A DNA stretch of 64,000 nucleotides from Eledone cirrhosa. Its lineage: Eukaryota. The translations under genes and the position numbers were made by a program. The notes below the pieces were generated by a model. The model was not told the origin of the DNA and did not search any database. It was given only the letters and a program-made list of their open reading frames with translations. Every line of letters starts with the position of its first letter. Position 1 is the first letter of the stretch. The stretch spans positions 327,546,001 through 327,610,000 of the forward strand of contig OZ024741.1 in NCBI GenBank assembly GCA_964016885.1. The letters run 5' to 3'. Below, piece after piece: positions 37,611-51,229 of this stretch.

Positions 37611-38455
37611 TTTTATTTTTTTTTTTTTTTTTTTAATGACAACAATTAACAGTACTTTATTTTGATGGAAGATAATATTAGAGAAAAGCAATTAAGAAGG
37701 AAATGATGCTGAATGAAAACAAAAGCAATATATATGAACATATACACCGACCACAACTAAATATGCAATGATACGCGATGGGGCCCCGCCATTGCCCCGG
37801 CGGTCAGAATGGAGAAGGCGTTTCCCCGGAGGACAGCATGGGAGGCGCGCTGGAAAAGCCACTAAAACTCGTGGGGCTCACACCTTCAGCTGACCAGCTT
37901 AGCGCCTATGGTGGTCAGTAGGGAGGTAGCCCTGGGGCCAAGGACACCATAAGTCTCCACTGCCAGGGGTACAACCGCAAACCTGTCGGAGAGGGACCGG
38001 TATTTGAGGAGTTTAGCCTCCTCAGCCCGACATGCAGCAGAACCCGGGTTAATCGCAGACTACACCCTTTTGCGGCTGCAGAAAGTATCGGTGCAAGTGA
38101 CATCCCAGACGAGGGGTTTACCACCGCGGAACAGGAAGATGGTCATGCCATTTGGCCTTTGGCTGTCCCCTCGCTCGGTCCAGCCCCACCGGCTCGAGCT
38201 CGGAAGGTAAGCCTGCAGCGTCCAAGCCATGATTTATGACCTCGTTGAGGGCAGCATGGCGTGGAAGGCGCCCGGCACTGTGGCGACAGAAAAGCGAGTG
38301 GAGGCCGAAGGGTCCACCGTGGATCCGCAGCGACATTGGTGTGGATCGCAGATCCTGAGGCCGAGCCTCAAGGAAACGCAATGCGCAGGCTATTATTGTC
38401 TAGCAGCGTTCCAGTGGAGTGGGAGGACAGGGCATGGAGCCAGACACAACTGTGG
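37611..38455 (-). mobile_element. CRE-like non-LTR retrotransposon 3' fragment (RLE domain) with poly(A) tail
   Basis: GC-rich island. Minus strand encodes RHAALNEVI..EPVGL, GKPLVWDVTCTDT and FQRASHAVLRGNAFSIL. Poly-T at 37611-37634. Confidence 0.7.
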
Positions 38456-38785
38456 GTTTAACTCATTTGTATAAAAATAAGAGTCACTAAATGTGAATTC
38501 CCATTCACACAAATACACATACTTTCTCACAAACACACATTCACTCATATACATTTACACAAACACACATATACAGTCATGATAGCGTTCGGTGAATTGG
38601 AAATGGGAGGGTATAATAAGTATAACGTCATATTCATTTATTAACAACACAGTTTAACTCTTTTTTTTAAAAACTCATTTATATAAAAATCTAAACTATA
38701 ATAAAGGGAGACGCGCCGGACTGCGTACGGTTTATAATTGTTTATCCCATTAGTAAAATAAGTTGGATTACTTTGAATAAATAAT

Positions 38786-38892
38786 TGTTTCTTCATTTGG
38801 CACAAGGCCAGCAATTACCCAGTACATTACTGGTACTTTATCGGCCCCGTAAGGATGAAAGGCAAAGTTGACCTCGGCGGGATTATAACTCA
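38786..38892 (-). mobile_element. 5'-truncated SINE with GAATAAATAAT target-site duplication
   Basis: Direct repeats at about 38775-38785 and 38893-38903. An empty paralogous site lies at about 37140-37205. Confidence 0.75.
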
Positions 38893-40389
38893 GAATAAAT
38901 AATGAATGAATATTACATAATGTATCTACTAAATTTCGTGGCTGTTCATATATATTTTATTATTTATTTAAAGATTCACTTCTTTAAAATGTTCAAATGT
39001 CAACACTTCCGGTGGCGATCGCTTTCTGTCACAAATTTTCTCCTAATGCAGTTTATATATAATATCGTCTTTTTTCAACGTATCATGGATTACATTACTG
39101 ATTACATAAGAAAGTGTAACACAGTCTTCGTTCAATTTCTGTGTATATTGTCAATTACGATTTTATTTGATGTATCATATCTACATGTATATATACTTGC
39201 GTATAATACCAATGCTAGCAGAAAACAACCCGCAGGGTGATTTTCTGCTAGTTTAATATAATGATTACAGAACCAAAACACTAACAAATATAATATATAC
39301 AAAGGAGAGCGAAAGGAAAAAAAGAAAGAGAAAACTACACAAGCATATCTTAGACCCCATAGAACAATATACAGTCGAAAGAATGGAAAAACGAGCCGCT
39401 ACCAGAGCAAGGACTCTGCTCCCACGACCCTCTCAGAAATAAGTGTGCGAAGAAGAAGATATTGTCAATTTACTTTTCAATTTACATATATATTTGCGTA
39501 TAATACCAATATGCACACTACATATGCTAGCAGCAAACCGGCCGAAGAGCAGTTTTTCTGCTAGTATTTATAATTATCCTTATAGAAATCCACTATATTT
39601 CTTTGCACACACGAGCTGTGCAAAAAAAACAGCAGCCGAATCCTACGTAACGTATACCCATCATTTTAGGAATTAAAAGAACACTTTATAGATAGCCCTT
39701 ACACCAAATGTTGAATGATCACAACTGAAATGAATTTGATAAATGTTTGGTTTCGTATGACGCATGGTTAAATTGCAAACATTGAAATTAAAGATTTTAT
39801 TCAGTATATAAATTATAGAAAAAGTTTATTAACATTGATTTGGAAACTTTATTATATTTATCAATGAAAGCAGCAACATATATAGTCAAGGAAATCAATT
39901 CATTGATTTAATTAACGCGTACGTTGTATTAAGTAACGCGACTCTTCTGAAGACGAGTGTTCTTGTTTGACTAACGAAACTAGCTTATCGTGAAATTAAC
40001 GTACCTGTAGTGATTGAGTATTCCATAGACACGTGTGTCGTTAACGTCGTTCTTGGGGAGATTTCAGCGTGAAATAGTGTTTGATAAAAGTTTGGCCATT
40101 TGAATTACAGATATAACTAAAATGATTTCCAACTGTGTAAAATTATTTCCAACTGAGTAAAGTGAAGCAACAACCAACGTCTACTATTCTCATCTTACGT
40201 AGACAACACACTCATCTGTTTATATGTGTCTGGTTGAATGCTAATATTATCTGTCTAAGTTCTCACCTCAACACTCATCCACTTGTCTTCTTCCCAAGAC
40301 TTCTCTCTATCACATCTTAAATCTGGTTTTCTCGTCTGCTCATTCGCAAATTGCATACTAAAAACTCATCTCTTAGCTTAAGTGTATGA

Positions 40390-40431
<42 letters not shown>

Positions 40432-41006
40432 CCAAAGCTAAAACATAACCCAATGCGTGGTCCGAGAATCGTTCTTGCCACCATAGTAATAATCTGCGCC
40501 TAAACTTTCATCACTAAACTACGTGCCTTCAAATACCGTGTTTAATCGTAATAGAATTCTATACCTAACTTTCAATACCCAACATAAGAGGTCAAAGTAC
40601 ACTTAGAGTTTATAAATCAAGATGACAGAATCAATTTTTTGTGCGATTCCTTTGTGACTGAGACTATAATCTGCAATAAGCTATACTTTCTGTTTTATAT
40701 GCAGAGGAGAAATCAATTAATCGATTAAATCTATTATTCCCAGAATAAAACCTCTGAAAACTGTTAAAATCTTGCTGGGTAAAATTAAATGAATGTGAAA
40801 ATGTTTTGCGTATTTATTATTAGTTATTGTTATTTTTTTAGCAATAGAAAAATATAAATTTCCTGCGAAAAAAATCTATACATCATTTTGTATTTTTCCT
40901 TTTTTCAGTTTTTTTATTTTAAATCCAAAACACCATTTAACGTTAAAAATGTCTAATTTACCGAAATTGACTATAAATTGCAATTGTTCGTTTTGGTATA
41001 TATATA

Positions 41007-41835
41007 AGAGGTGGGTCAGAAAAGTTCCAGGACTGATGTCACAAAAGATTTATTTCAAACCCAAACTTCACACAAAGAGTTTTCTCCTTCTATGTAATCC
41101 CCTGGAGTGTAATGTACTTTTCCATCCTTTTCTGCCACGCTTCCACGCACTCCTGGAATGATCCTCCGCAGTTCCGTCGTCACGGCCTTTTTGATGTCGT
41201 CCACGTCTTCAAAACGGGTCCCCTCCGTGTCTTACTCGAAGATCCATGACTCATCACCGGTGATGACTGACCCTAGCAAGTCTGGTTCGGTTTCAAGACG
41301 CTCGAGGATTTCCTGGCACACTTGCATGCGTCGACCCTTCTGGTCATCGTTCAGCAGTTTTGGCACCATCTTCGCGTAGACTTTCCGCATGTCCAAATCA
41401 TCAGTGAGAATTTTCCAGACGCTGTCCCGATTCATGCCCAGCTCATTTGCCCTCAGTCGAACAGTCCTCGTTGTTGTGGTCCTTCCGCTCCTGGGGTCAT
41501 CTTCCACGTCCTCCCGTCCTTCTTTAAACCTCTTGCACCACTCAAAAACACGTGAGCGTGACATCGTCTCATCTTCATACACTTGCTGCAGCAATCCCAG
41601 TGATTCTGACGGAGTTTTCAAGTTTGTTCGTTGCTCTGTGCTTATTGCTTGACGACATGAAACAGAGGACTTGTATATAAAATTAAGAAGAAAAATGTTT
41701 GATTGCCTCAGAGAGCTAAGATTACAGTTACATACACCAGGGGCATTACTTTGAAGGAGAAAACTCTTAGTGTGAAGTTCGGGTTTGAAATAAATCATTT
41801 GTGACATCAGTACTGGAACTCTTCTGACACACCTC

Positions 41836-41836
<1 letters not shown>
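41007..41836 (-). mobile_element. Internally deleted mariner DNA transposon
   Basis: Imperfect TIRs of at least 85 bp (gaggtg.gtcagaa.agttccag...). TA flanks. ORF 41232-41807 has VFEWCKRFKEGREDVEDDPRSGR, MVPKLL and VITGDESWIFE. Confidence 0.9.
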
Positions 41837-41896
<60 letters not shown>

Positions 41897-42415
41897 AGGG
41901 CGGGTACGTGTGTATGTACCAACTTCGAACTTTTCGAGGTTCATAGAATGTCTGAGAAAATCAAACACGAATATATACTCTAAATAAAGTCGGTTGAATA
42001 AAATAGATTAGAAAATAGGGTAAAGACCAGTTATAAACGGAAACAATTGCCAGCAGCCGCTTTGAGGAATCGAAACTCATATCGCACAGATACCGGCTGA
42101 GTGCTCTAGTCCTAGGGTTAAATTATTTCTGACAATAATTACCGTCTAAATTAGGAACCTGAATCAACGGCTTTCAATCTGTAAATATACAGTATATATA
42201 CACATTTCGAAATTTCGATGGTCTTCAGCAAATCTTTAGCGTCTATAAGGTCTTTTCATGAATCCCTAAGCTTTTTATAGCAACAAGCTTTATTTACAGT
42301 TATCTTCCGCATCTGAGCATACTACCGTTATATATATATATATGTGTGTATGTGTTATGTGTGTGTGTATATATGTGTGTGTGTATGTGTGTGTGTGCGT
42401 ATATATATGTGTGTG

Positions 42416-42446
<31 letters not shown>

Positions 42447-42539
42447 ATATATGTGTGTGTGTGTATATATATATGTGTGTGTATATATATATATAATGCA
42501 TGTATTTATATATGTATAAAAAGGCGGAATAACTCATGA

Positions 42540-43850
42540 GAATCAACGGTCCGATACTTGTGGTGTGTTATTCATTGGGTGTGTGGCGATCTCCTGCACC
42601 AATCCTTTGTTATCAACCTTTCGAAAAAGTGTGGCTGGCCCTACAAAGGAAGGGGGAAATAAAAAGTAACTTAAACAAATGCTTGCTCAATGCTTTAACT
42701 TGTCAATCAACCACAGCTGTCAAGGTATCCAAATACGCGGTCAAAATAAAAAGGAAAAGAAAAGGCTTTACTATTGCTTCCTGGAATATTAGAACACTCC
42801 AAGACAGTGACTTCAATGTGGAGGGAAGATCACCCCTCAACTATAATGCACTCAACAGTTACATTATTGATATCTATGCAGTAAGCGAACCCCGACCACA
42901 TGGCATGTCTCAAATGGAAGACGTGGGTGAGGGCTACTCAGTTTTCTGGCCTGTAAAGGGTGAAGAAAGTCACCGTCAATTGGTTGTTGGTTGTTTCATC
43001 AGATCTGACATTGCTAAATCCCTAAAATAATTCCCCAAAGGAGTCAGTGATCGCATAATGACGCTAGGCCCCAATTCTCTACTCACCCGAGCAGGAGATT
43101 GAAATATTCTACGATCAGCTTCACACAGGGTTTTTATCCCACCCCAATCTGATCATAACGGGAGATTTAAATTCTAGCGTTTGAGATGATTTTCAAGCAT
43201 GGCATACCTTCTTTGGTTCTAACTGAATCGGAGCTATCAAATCCAATGGGATTAGACTGCTCTCACTCTGTACAGAATTTTATTTCAGCATCACCAACTG
43301 CTTCCTTTAATAACGTACAATCATAAAACAACATGGATGCATCCTGATCCAAGGTCTGGCATATGATTGACTACGTCATCACCCACAGGCGTCACCTAAA
43401 AGATTTTAAATCACTTTTTCTTTTCATTCTTTTTGTTATCTCTAGGATCATGCACTGCTGAGCAGTGAAATTTCATTCGATCTTCCAAACAAAAGGCATC
43501 TTCGGAGGCCACCCATCTCTCCCAAGATTGATATTGGGAAGATGCGATCAGATAATGTGTGGCTGAAACATTCTTCAAAGCTTTATTCATCCCTCTTCTG
43601 TCTAGATTTCTTATGACATGGAGGCTTCCTGGAAAGCGCTCAGAGATGCCCCCTATGCAGCCACTATAGAATTCTTAGGATTTCTTAGGGGAAATTATCA
43701 GGACTGGTTTAATGAAGGTAACTCGGTCGTCCAGGACTTTATCAGCAGCATGCACAACCTATAAAAGATTTGGATTGGAGATGAAAACTCAGTAACAAAA
43801 AAGATAGCCTACAAAGATTGCGAGCAGCAGGTAGAGTCCTCACTAGGGTG
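42540..43850 (+). pseudogene. RTE-clade LINE 5' fragment (APE endonuclease), degraded
   Basis: FTIASWNIRTL, IDIYAVSE and GYSVFW. Downstream KTTWMHP..WHMIDYVI is visible in other frames. Confidence 0.75.
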
Positions 43851-43899
43851 TTATTCTAAAAATTACATTGATTCCTACAAAGGACGGGAACTATGAGAA

Positions 43900-44240
43900 A
43901 AACTACCGACAATACGTACTAATTTTGACGTCGATCAGCATTTGAATTCTGGAATTTAACCTAAAGTAGTATTATCTTATTAGAAGATGGAAGAGGAACG
44001 TGGTATGTAAATAGTCGACTACCACGAAATGGTGGACGATTGCCACAAGAACGGTTTCAGTAACACCTGTATATCTATGGAAGCTAGCAGTCGATTTTGC
44101 ACCGGTTATTGCATTAGAAAGTCAAAACGCAGCTCTATGCATTAAGGATGTAAACGCGAGAAGAGCCAAGAAAAACAAAGGGAAAGCCGAAGAGACGCCG
44201 TGAAGATGATTATGGCTGCTGAGAAGTGACGGGTAAAGCG
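43900..44240 (+). pseudogene. Possible HERO-like RLE C-terminal relic
   Basis: Degraded translation YHEMVDDCHKNGF..CISMEASSRF...KAEETP*R*LWLLRS resembles the Y..LV..C...GW....EVGCRGF...AEKASRWLW ending of such elements. Confidence 0.35.
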
Positions 44241-46848
44241 ACGCGAATGTATCACTCTTAGATATAGGCTGAGGTTCGATCAATCTTTTTCTTATTAACT
44301 GGTCGAAGGTGTATGTTATAATATTTGAAATACACAATCATTCAAGGATACAGGACTGGTGATGTGTTCATGGATTTAAATCCGAGGATAAGTGAACAAC
44401 TAAATATTATGCAAAACGCCATGAAACCCCTCCAGTCATTGGTCATCCAGCAAAGATTCAAATTTAGTGAACACTAAAATGTCAGAAAAGATCTTCATTT
44501 ACAAATTGATAGCACAGGTTAAATAAATGAAGATTTAGGGTATTAAACTGCACTTTCAATTGTATTACAGGTATCCTTTATTCCTAAGTATACGTGAAGT
44601 ATTCGAAAAAGTGTTTGTGTATGTAAAGAGAGCGATCTTTGACAAATATCAAACCCTATTAAAATATTTTACTAGTTATATTATGAAGTATGCCTATGTG
44701 GTCATGTAGTTTCCATCACTGTATTTTTACCTATGGGCCGATTAATTAGTATAAATGGTTTAATAATCCAGCCACCATAATGCTTCACACCCATGATAAT
44801 CAAAGACAGTTCATACGTCTGAAGATTTTTTTTACCACTCTACGACGATAGCTTATTGTGCCTTGTCCAGGAGGCTCCCAACTTCAAGTGACGCTGATAG
44901 CATGTGTCATGTTTGCCATATCTTGGTTATACCTATAGTTGCAATGGCTGTGGCACTTCACAATTCTGAAAATATTAATTCGTCGTCAGATTGCTGGAAT
45001 GATGAGCAATCACGATACTGTCTTTAAAAATATGAATTAGTTGTAAAAACAGAAAACAAGACTGTTGTCATTGTGTAAATGATACGCAACTGGGATTTTT
45101 CAAAATGAAATCTGTGCACAATTATTTATTATTTTTACTGTTTTATTATTATATAGATTTTTATTTCGAATGACACATGTACAACGTTCTGTATGGTACG
45201 AGGAAAAACTTCGGCAAGATTCAGCAAACTTTACAGTGAAACAAACAAAATATAACGTAAAGATAAAATGAGAAATAAACAAAATATAATAAATAAACAT
45301 AATACATTAATTCTAACAATCATGGTGTAAATATAGTAAATGAATAATAACTTGGAAATTGAATTATAGATTTTGATGAAAGTATTTAAGAAAAAGATAT
45401 TGAACAAAATCACTGAAATATTTAACAAGTTTACAGCTTAGCAAGAAGAAAACGATAATCGTAAAAAATATTGATGTTGGTGATTATGGTATCATGGTGG
45501 TGGTGTTGGTTGTATTGTAGCTATTGGTGGTGATGATGGTGGTGTGCTGGTCTTAGTGGAGCTACTGTTGTTGGTGGTACTGGTTTGATGGTGTTAGTGG
45601 TGGTGGATGTAGTTGAGGCGGTGTTTCGTCGTAGGGGTAGTGGTGGTGGTGGTGGAGATGGTGGTGTCAATAAGCCTAGTGGAGATGTTGGTTGTATTGG
45701 GGATTTATGGTGGTAGCTGTGTAGATAGTGCTGGTGGTGCTGGTGGTGCTGGTGGTGAGGGAGGTAGAACTCTTAATTAAGAATAGAAATAATGTATAGA
45801 ATTGCTTGCATTTTCCTCATTTCTTCCCCTCGCTTTGCAAAGGATTTATCGAATGAACATGTAAATGACATTTTTTTTCTAAAATGATTATCGAAAATGA
45901 ATAAAGATATGCATTAGTATTGATGAAATGTCATCAATTTCAAGCACATCTGTGACTTTAAAATTTTCGATGACGGTAGTAAAATGATTATTCAACACCA
46001 TCAGTATTTCGTGATTTCATTGAAAGAGCCACAGAAGAAACCATTTATAATGTGTTACGACATACACTAAATGATGCATTGTTTGATATATAATTTTTAA
46101 TGAAATAATTCCTCGTATTTTGTTCCAAGGTACCCGATTCTCTACTTGACATAAGATATGTTGATGCTACAGAGTAATACAAAAATAACTATAAGTTATA
46201 ATATTGATTTCTAATTTAATTTAAGCACAAGGCCAGCAAATTCGCAGGAAGAACATATTGTATTAAATAAAACTCAAGTACTGCACTGGTTTTTCCACTG
46301 GAATGACATGTTATCCGACGCTCTACCAATTTTTCCATTCCTCTCACCTGCATATTGTCCATAATCGATTAGAATTTATTTTGGGCGATGGTATAAATAA
46401 ATCTTTTGAAATAGGTTACATGAAAACATTTCTTCCGTTCGATAAGACTACGAACATTTGCTGTAGAATTCTGTGTGTACGTGTGTGTGTGTGTGTCTGT
46501 GTGTGTGTGTTGGACAGCCGGCAGTTCTGACAGCGATTCTTTTCATTATTTACCCAGTGGAACAACAAACTAGTGAAATTATCATGGAAATGCCTAAGCG
46601 TTCAATAGATACCTGCGGGCTTAACGGAGTTTTCAGGCAGATTCAATGTCGTATAGTGTAAATAACACCGGTCCTTTGAATTACGCCTACAACTCCTTCG
46701 TTTACTGGTTGAGTGAAATGGCGTGAAGTGAAATAAATGGTGTTGTTTAATGACACAATACACTGCCTGGAATCAAACTCATTATTGTAGGCGAAATACC
46801 CTAAACTCTATGCCACATACTTTCATTGCAGAATTGTATATTGAAATA

Positions 46849-47042
46849 CGAGGATCAGCTGAAATGTTCATAGGCTGACCAAATATTCTCGTGGAATAAA
46901 CAAATAATTATTTTTCTACATAGTCCCTTTAACGAATTAATGCAGTTGTTAATACAAAGAGTTGAAATTAATACATGCAAGATTTCACAGTTCTAGCATC
47001 ACTCCTTCATAGGCAGCCTATGAACTTTTCAGCCCACCCTCG
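46849..47042. mobile_element. Mariner-type MITE (194 bp)
   Basis: TA|cgaggatcagctgaaatgttcataggctg ... cagcctatgaacttttcagcccaccctcg|TA. Confidence 0.8.
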
Positions 47043-47299
47043 TAATAAATAGGCTATGTTTTTGCATCAGGGTAGGTTAAATCGATACGGTGTTTATCTA
47101 TGCAGCCTGTATTATATATTCTTCAAACATAAGACGTTTTCTTGAGTGGAAGGAAAGGCGGAACTTCTATAACCGACTATAAGAGTGTGAATTATTATAA
47201 AGTACTTTAGAAATAAGACACATTGAGTTTCACTATAGCAAAATAAACTCATCACAAGTACAATTAATAATTAATTTGTGTATAGTATATGTGAATGTG

Positions 47300-47900
47300 C
47301 GTAGCTTTCTGGTTAGGGTGTTTGGCGTACGATCGTCAACCTGTTATTTTCTGTCACAGTGCTGAGTTGTGTTCTTGAAAAAGACACTTTATTTCCCGTT
47401 GTTTCACTTCAATAGCCCGGAAAAAATGAATTTTATCTGTAATTAGAAAAGGTAGCCTTGTCACACCCTGCATCACACTGAATCTTCCAGAGAACTACGT
47501 TAAGTGTACGTGTATATGTAGAATGTTCAGCAACGTACACGATAATTTCAGGAGCAGGATGCTCTGTTGATTGTATCAACTGGAACCCTCATCGTACTAA
47601 ACGACAGAATGCCAGATCTGTTTAGAATATGTTCAAAGAGAGTGTAGATAGGAAGATACGTGACTTAATGTTTAGGATGTCCGGCTCTAGATCGTAATTT
47701 CATAAGTCCCATTAAAGGTGGTGAGCTGTATTCTTGAGCAATTAATTTTATTTACCTTATTACAGTTCACTCACCTGGAAAACCAATCATTTGCACCTGT
47801 AATTCAAATTCCCGTCACACTGCTACACGCTTAGTTTCTTTAAGAGCAACGTTAAGAGTGTACGTGCCTTTGGAATATTCAGCCACTTGCCTGTTAATTT
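47300..47900 (+). mobile_element. Two degraded copies of a second SINE family (also about 6085-6290, and on minus about 40000-40170 and 46540-46830)
   Basis: Shared ggttagggtgtttggc...cttga.caagacactttattt...gtcacac...aactacgttaag.gtac. Confidence 0.6.
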
Positions 47901-48019
47901 ATAGTATAAACGGTTCAATTGATCATACAATTGGAATAATCTTCGTTGGAGCCTACAAAGATCAAATGCAGACATAAAACGTATATCATTAAATATATCT
48001 CTTATAAAATAATGATTTC

Positions 48020-48160
48020 CACTATAGGCACAAGGCCAGAAGTTTTGGGGGAGGGGCAAATCGATGAAATCGAACCCCGGGTGTAGCTGGTACTTTATAT
48101 TATCGACCCTGTTAGGATGAAATGGAAAGCTAACCTCGGTGCGATTTGAACGCAGAACAT
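48020..48160 (-). mobile_element. SINE (first family), minus strand
   Basis: ggcacaaggccag...ctggtacttta..ttatcgaccc..taggatgaaa.g.aaag.taacctcgg. Confidence 0.7.
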
Positions 48161-49014
48161 AAATAGTCGTTATTCTATGCCGCGAAGTATATCTCTTATA
48201 AAATGATAATAGGCAAGCACTAAGGTGACACACTTAAGATAGATGTGAATGTGAAATCTCATACCATGCGTCTCATATTAAGATTTTTATCCCGACCAGT
48301 GAATATTTTTACCATTCTTGTTTTGATGATCGAAATTTATTTTCTAACAAATGTGCCTGCCTCTTCTGCTTACAAACATACAGTGTATATGCGTATCACA
48401 TCAATAAGTTTTATCCCGAATAGTGAATATATTGTACCATTCCCCCTATGTTAATAACTAACAGACCGAAGGTTTGTGTCTAAGAAATGTACCTACCTCT
48501 TCTCTTAAAAAGAATTACAACCTCGTGTAAATGTAGAAAATCAATAATTCTAGTAGAATGAAGTCTCTTCGCATTTCTTTACCTTTCTTCATGAAAACCT
48601 TAAAGCAGTATCTAATTGAATTCCTATCATGCTTCATTTGAATTCAACGGGAAAGGTTTTACTCTTTATTGCATCCACTTTCTATTCTATTGCAAATAAC
48701 TTTTAATGATGTTTAAAAATAAAAGATCAAGAGAACATGTTAAATGCTCAAAGCTGTACTAAAGGAAAAATTAAATTCAATTTATTAAATTCAGTAATGC
48801 CACCATGTTGTAACAAACTATTATATCAAAACAAGATATTACACTACGCATTGTGTTTACAGAAATTAATTTCTTCTCCCAAAGCATATTCTCTTTCAAA
48901 AGTCTAATAAAATTTATGTCCTCTTTTGATGTTAAATTTTAGAGGATGCATGCTTGGAAATATGCAAGCCGTTAGGGCATATTGTAAGAAGTTTAGAAAA
49001 AAATGATCATAAGA

Positions 49015-49420
49015 GCTACCACTATCAACACCAACACCAACACCTACACTAACATCAACATCAACACAAAAAACCAATACCTTCACCAATATCAACACTA
49101 ACATCAACACCAACACTAACAGCATCACCAACAAAAATATCAACAACACCAACACGAAAATCGACATTAACATCAGCACTAACAGCAACACCAACAACAC
49201 CATAAATATCATCAATACGAACACTATTGCCTGCAGCAACACCAGCACCAACACAAAAGCCAACATGAATGTCAACACCTACACCAACTCCAACTCTGTC
49301 AACAATACTAACATCAAGACCAATGTCATCATCTGCACCAACACCAACACAAACACCAACATCAACACCAATGCCAATATAAAAAACAACATCCCCAACA
49401 CTAATATCAACAACAAACCT
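49015..49420. repeat. Degenerate (AACACC/AACATC)n low-complexity tract
   Basis: Seen directly in the sequence. Confidence 0.85.
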
Positions 49421-49623
49421 GGGACGTTGTGTCACCTAATATTTAAGGGAATAATATGAAGTTTCTCATGAAAATAAAAGCAGGTAATGCTTGTAATTAA
49501 TCATGTCAAGAGCAAATATCGCTAAGAAATTATAAAGACAAAATCATTTCTTGTTATTTAATATCGTTGGTTACGTCAGCCAGTTACGCAAATAACAGAT
49601 ATATACGCATGCACGCATACACG

Positions 49624-49654
<31 letters not shown>

Positions 49655-50114
49655 TATCTGATATAAAAGATACAGAAGCGAAAACCAACCAAACAGTGAG
49701 TGTGTTCTGTTATTAATTCTGGCAATATTATTACACAAATATGACCCTCCCCAACTATAACAATATATATATATATATATATATGAGAGACGTAAAATAA
49801 GAAAATTTTTAAATTAACTTACTTACTAAAATTTCACTCCCAACTAATTAGTTTCTGAAATGGAATAAATATACTTTCCGAAGAAAATATGGAGAAGCAT
49901 TTCGTCGTCAGGGAAGTCTATTCTCAGCTAAGTATACAGGGAAAGCGTGGAATCTGGAAACTTATACAAAAATAATTCAGTGGATAGAAAATAGCAAAGC
50001 GTGGACTGAATTCCTAGCCATTGAGAAAAATCACTGCCTACTGCGTCGGTGGCAAATTCAAAAAGAATCAATCACGTGACATCGAGGTCAATCAGTGGAA
50101 AGTGGTATATATAA

Positions 50115-50373
<259 letters not shown>

Positions 50374-50384
50374 TTGTGTGTATG

Positions 50385-50415
<31 letters not shown>

Positions 50416-50426
50416 GTATATATATA

Positions 50427-51037
50427 TGGTGGCTGCCAACTCGTTTTCGAGTACGGCCACTACTTTATATCCATGTAGGAGAACCCCTACCGATGCGCTG
50501 AACGAATGTAACTTTTTAGTCCAGCCAGCGACTTGAAAACTCTGGTACACAGACTACACTTGTGACCATTATTGACACATAGTGCTGGGCCCATGGTACC
50601 ATGTGATGACAAGTGCAGAGAGATCTCCAGATATAAAGCAATGCCTGTGCTGTGAATCTTTTATAGTGAGCAAAGGCACTGCGCAAAGCCAGTCCCACTC
50701 TCTTAACCAAGATGATATTTACCAAAAAGAAACACAAGTCAATATCATTGGATACCATCAGGGTTGCAGGTGTTATATCAGAGTTTTCCTTCTCCTAGAA
50801 TTCTGCCTTGACAAAGGCTAAGGGGTCATCTCTCCCGGTGATTTTGGATGGCTATTGACTCTTAAGAGCTCCCTTGCTCTTTGACAGGTTTTGTTTTTAG
50901 TCCTGCATGATGTCCAAAGTCACCCTCCTCACCAAGAAACCTTGGTGGGGTTGCCAGTTTAGTCGCCAACGACCCGACCATGAGACAGGTTGTACTGGGA
51001 TACATGTTACGAGTAGCACCAACTGGTGACCTGACAT
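50427..51037 (-). mobile_element. About 600-bp non-coding repeat resembling an RTE 5' UTR; second copy inverted at 56190-56760
   Basis: Two highly similar copies embedded in (TA)n. The motifs ggcgactaaactggcaacccc and agaaggaaaactctg recall RTE 5' regions (recalled, not searched). Confidence 0.55.
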
Positions 51038-51054
51038 ATGTATGTATATATTGC

Positions 51055-51089
<35 letters not shown>

Positions 51090-51093
51090 CAAT

Positions 51094-51179
<86 letters not shown>

Positions 51180-51229
51180 TGTATGTATATATATATATGT
51201 ATGTATATATATATATATATATGTATGTA

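Noticed and set aside
39947-39990. CTGAAGA...GAAAC possible hammerhead
   Set aside because: Stems I and III do not pair convincingly. At best a decayed relic.
42055-42110. tRNA-like B-box on the minus strand
   Set aside because: No complete cloverleaf. Probably a SINE head relic, not a tRNA gene.
44700-45130. Coding-like unique sequence (IVAMAVALHN)
   Set aside because: Short, stop-interrupted, and not assignable to a family.
48930-48985. Possible 41-nt host exon (ttttag...gtaaga)
   Set aside because: Splice-like signals alone, with no homology or partner exons.
49885-49916. Minus-strand CTGACGA-C-GAAA
   Set aside because: No stem II and stem I not adjacent, so it cannot fold as an HHR.
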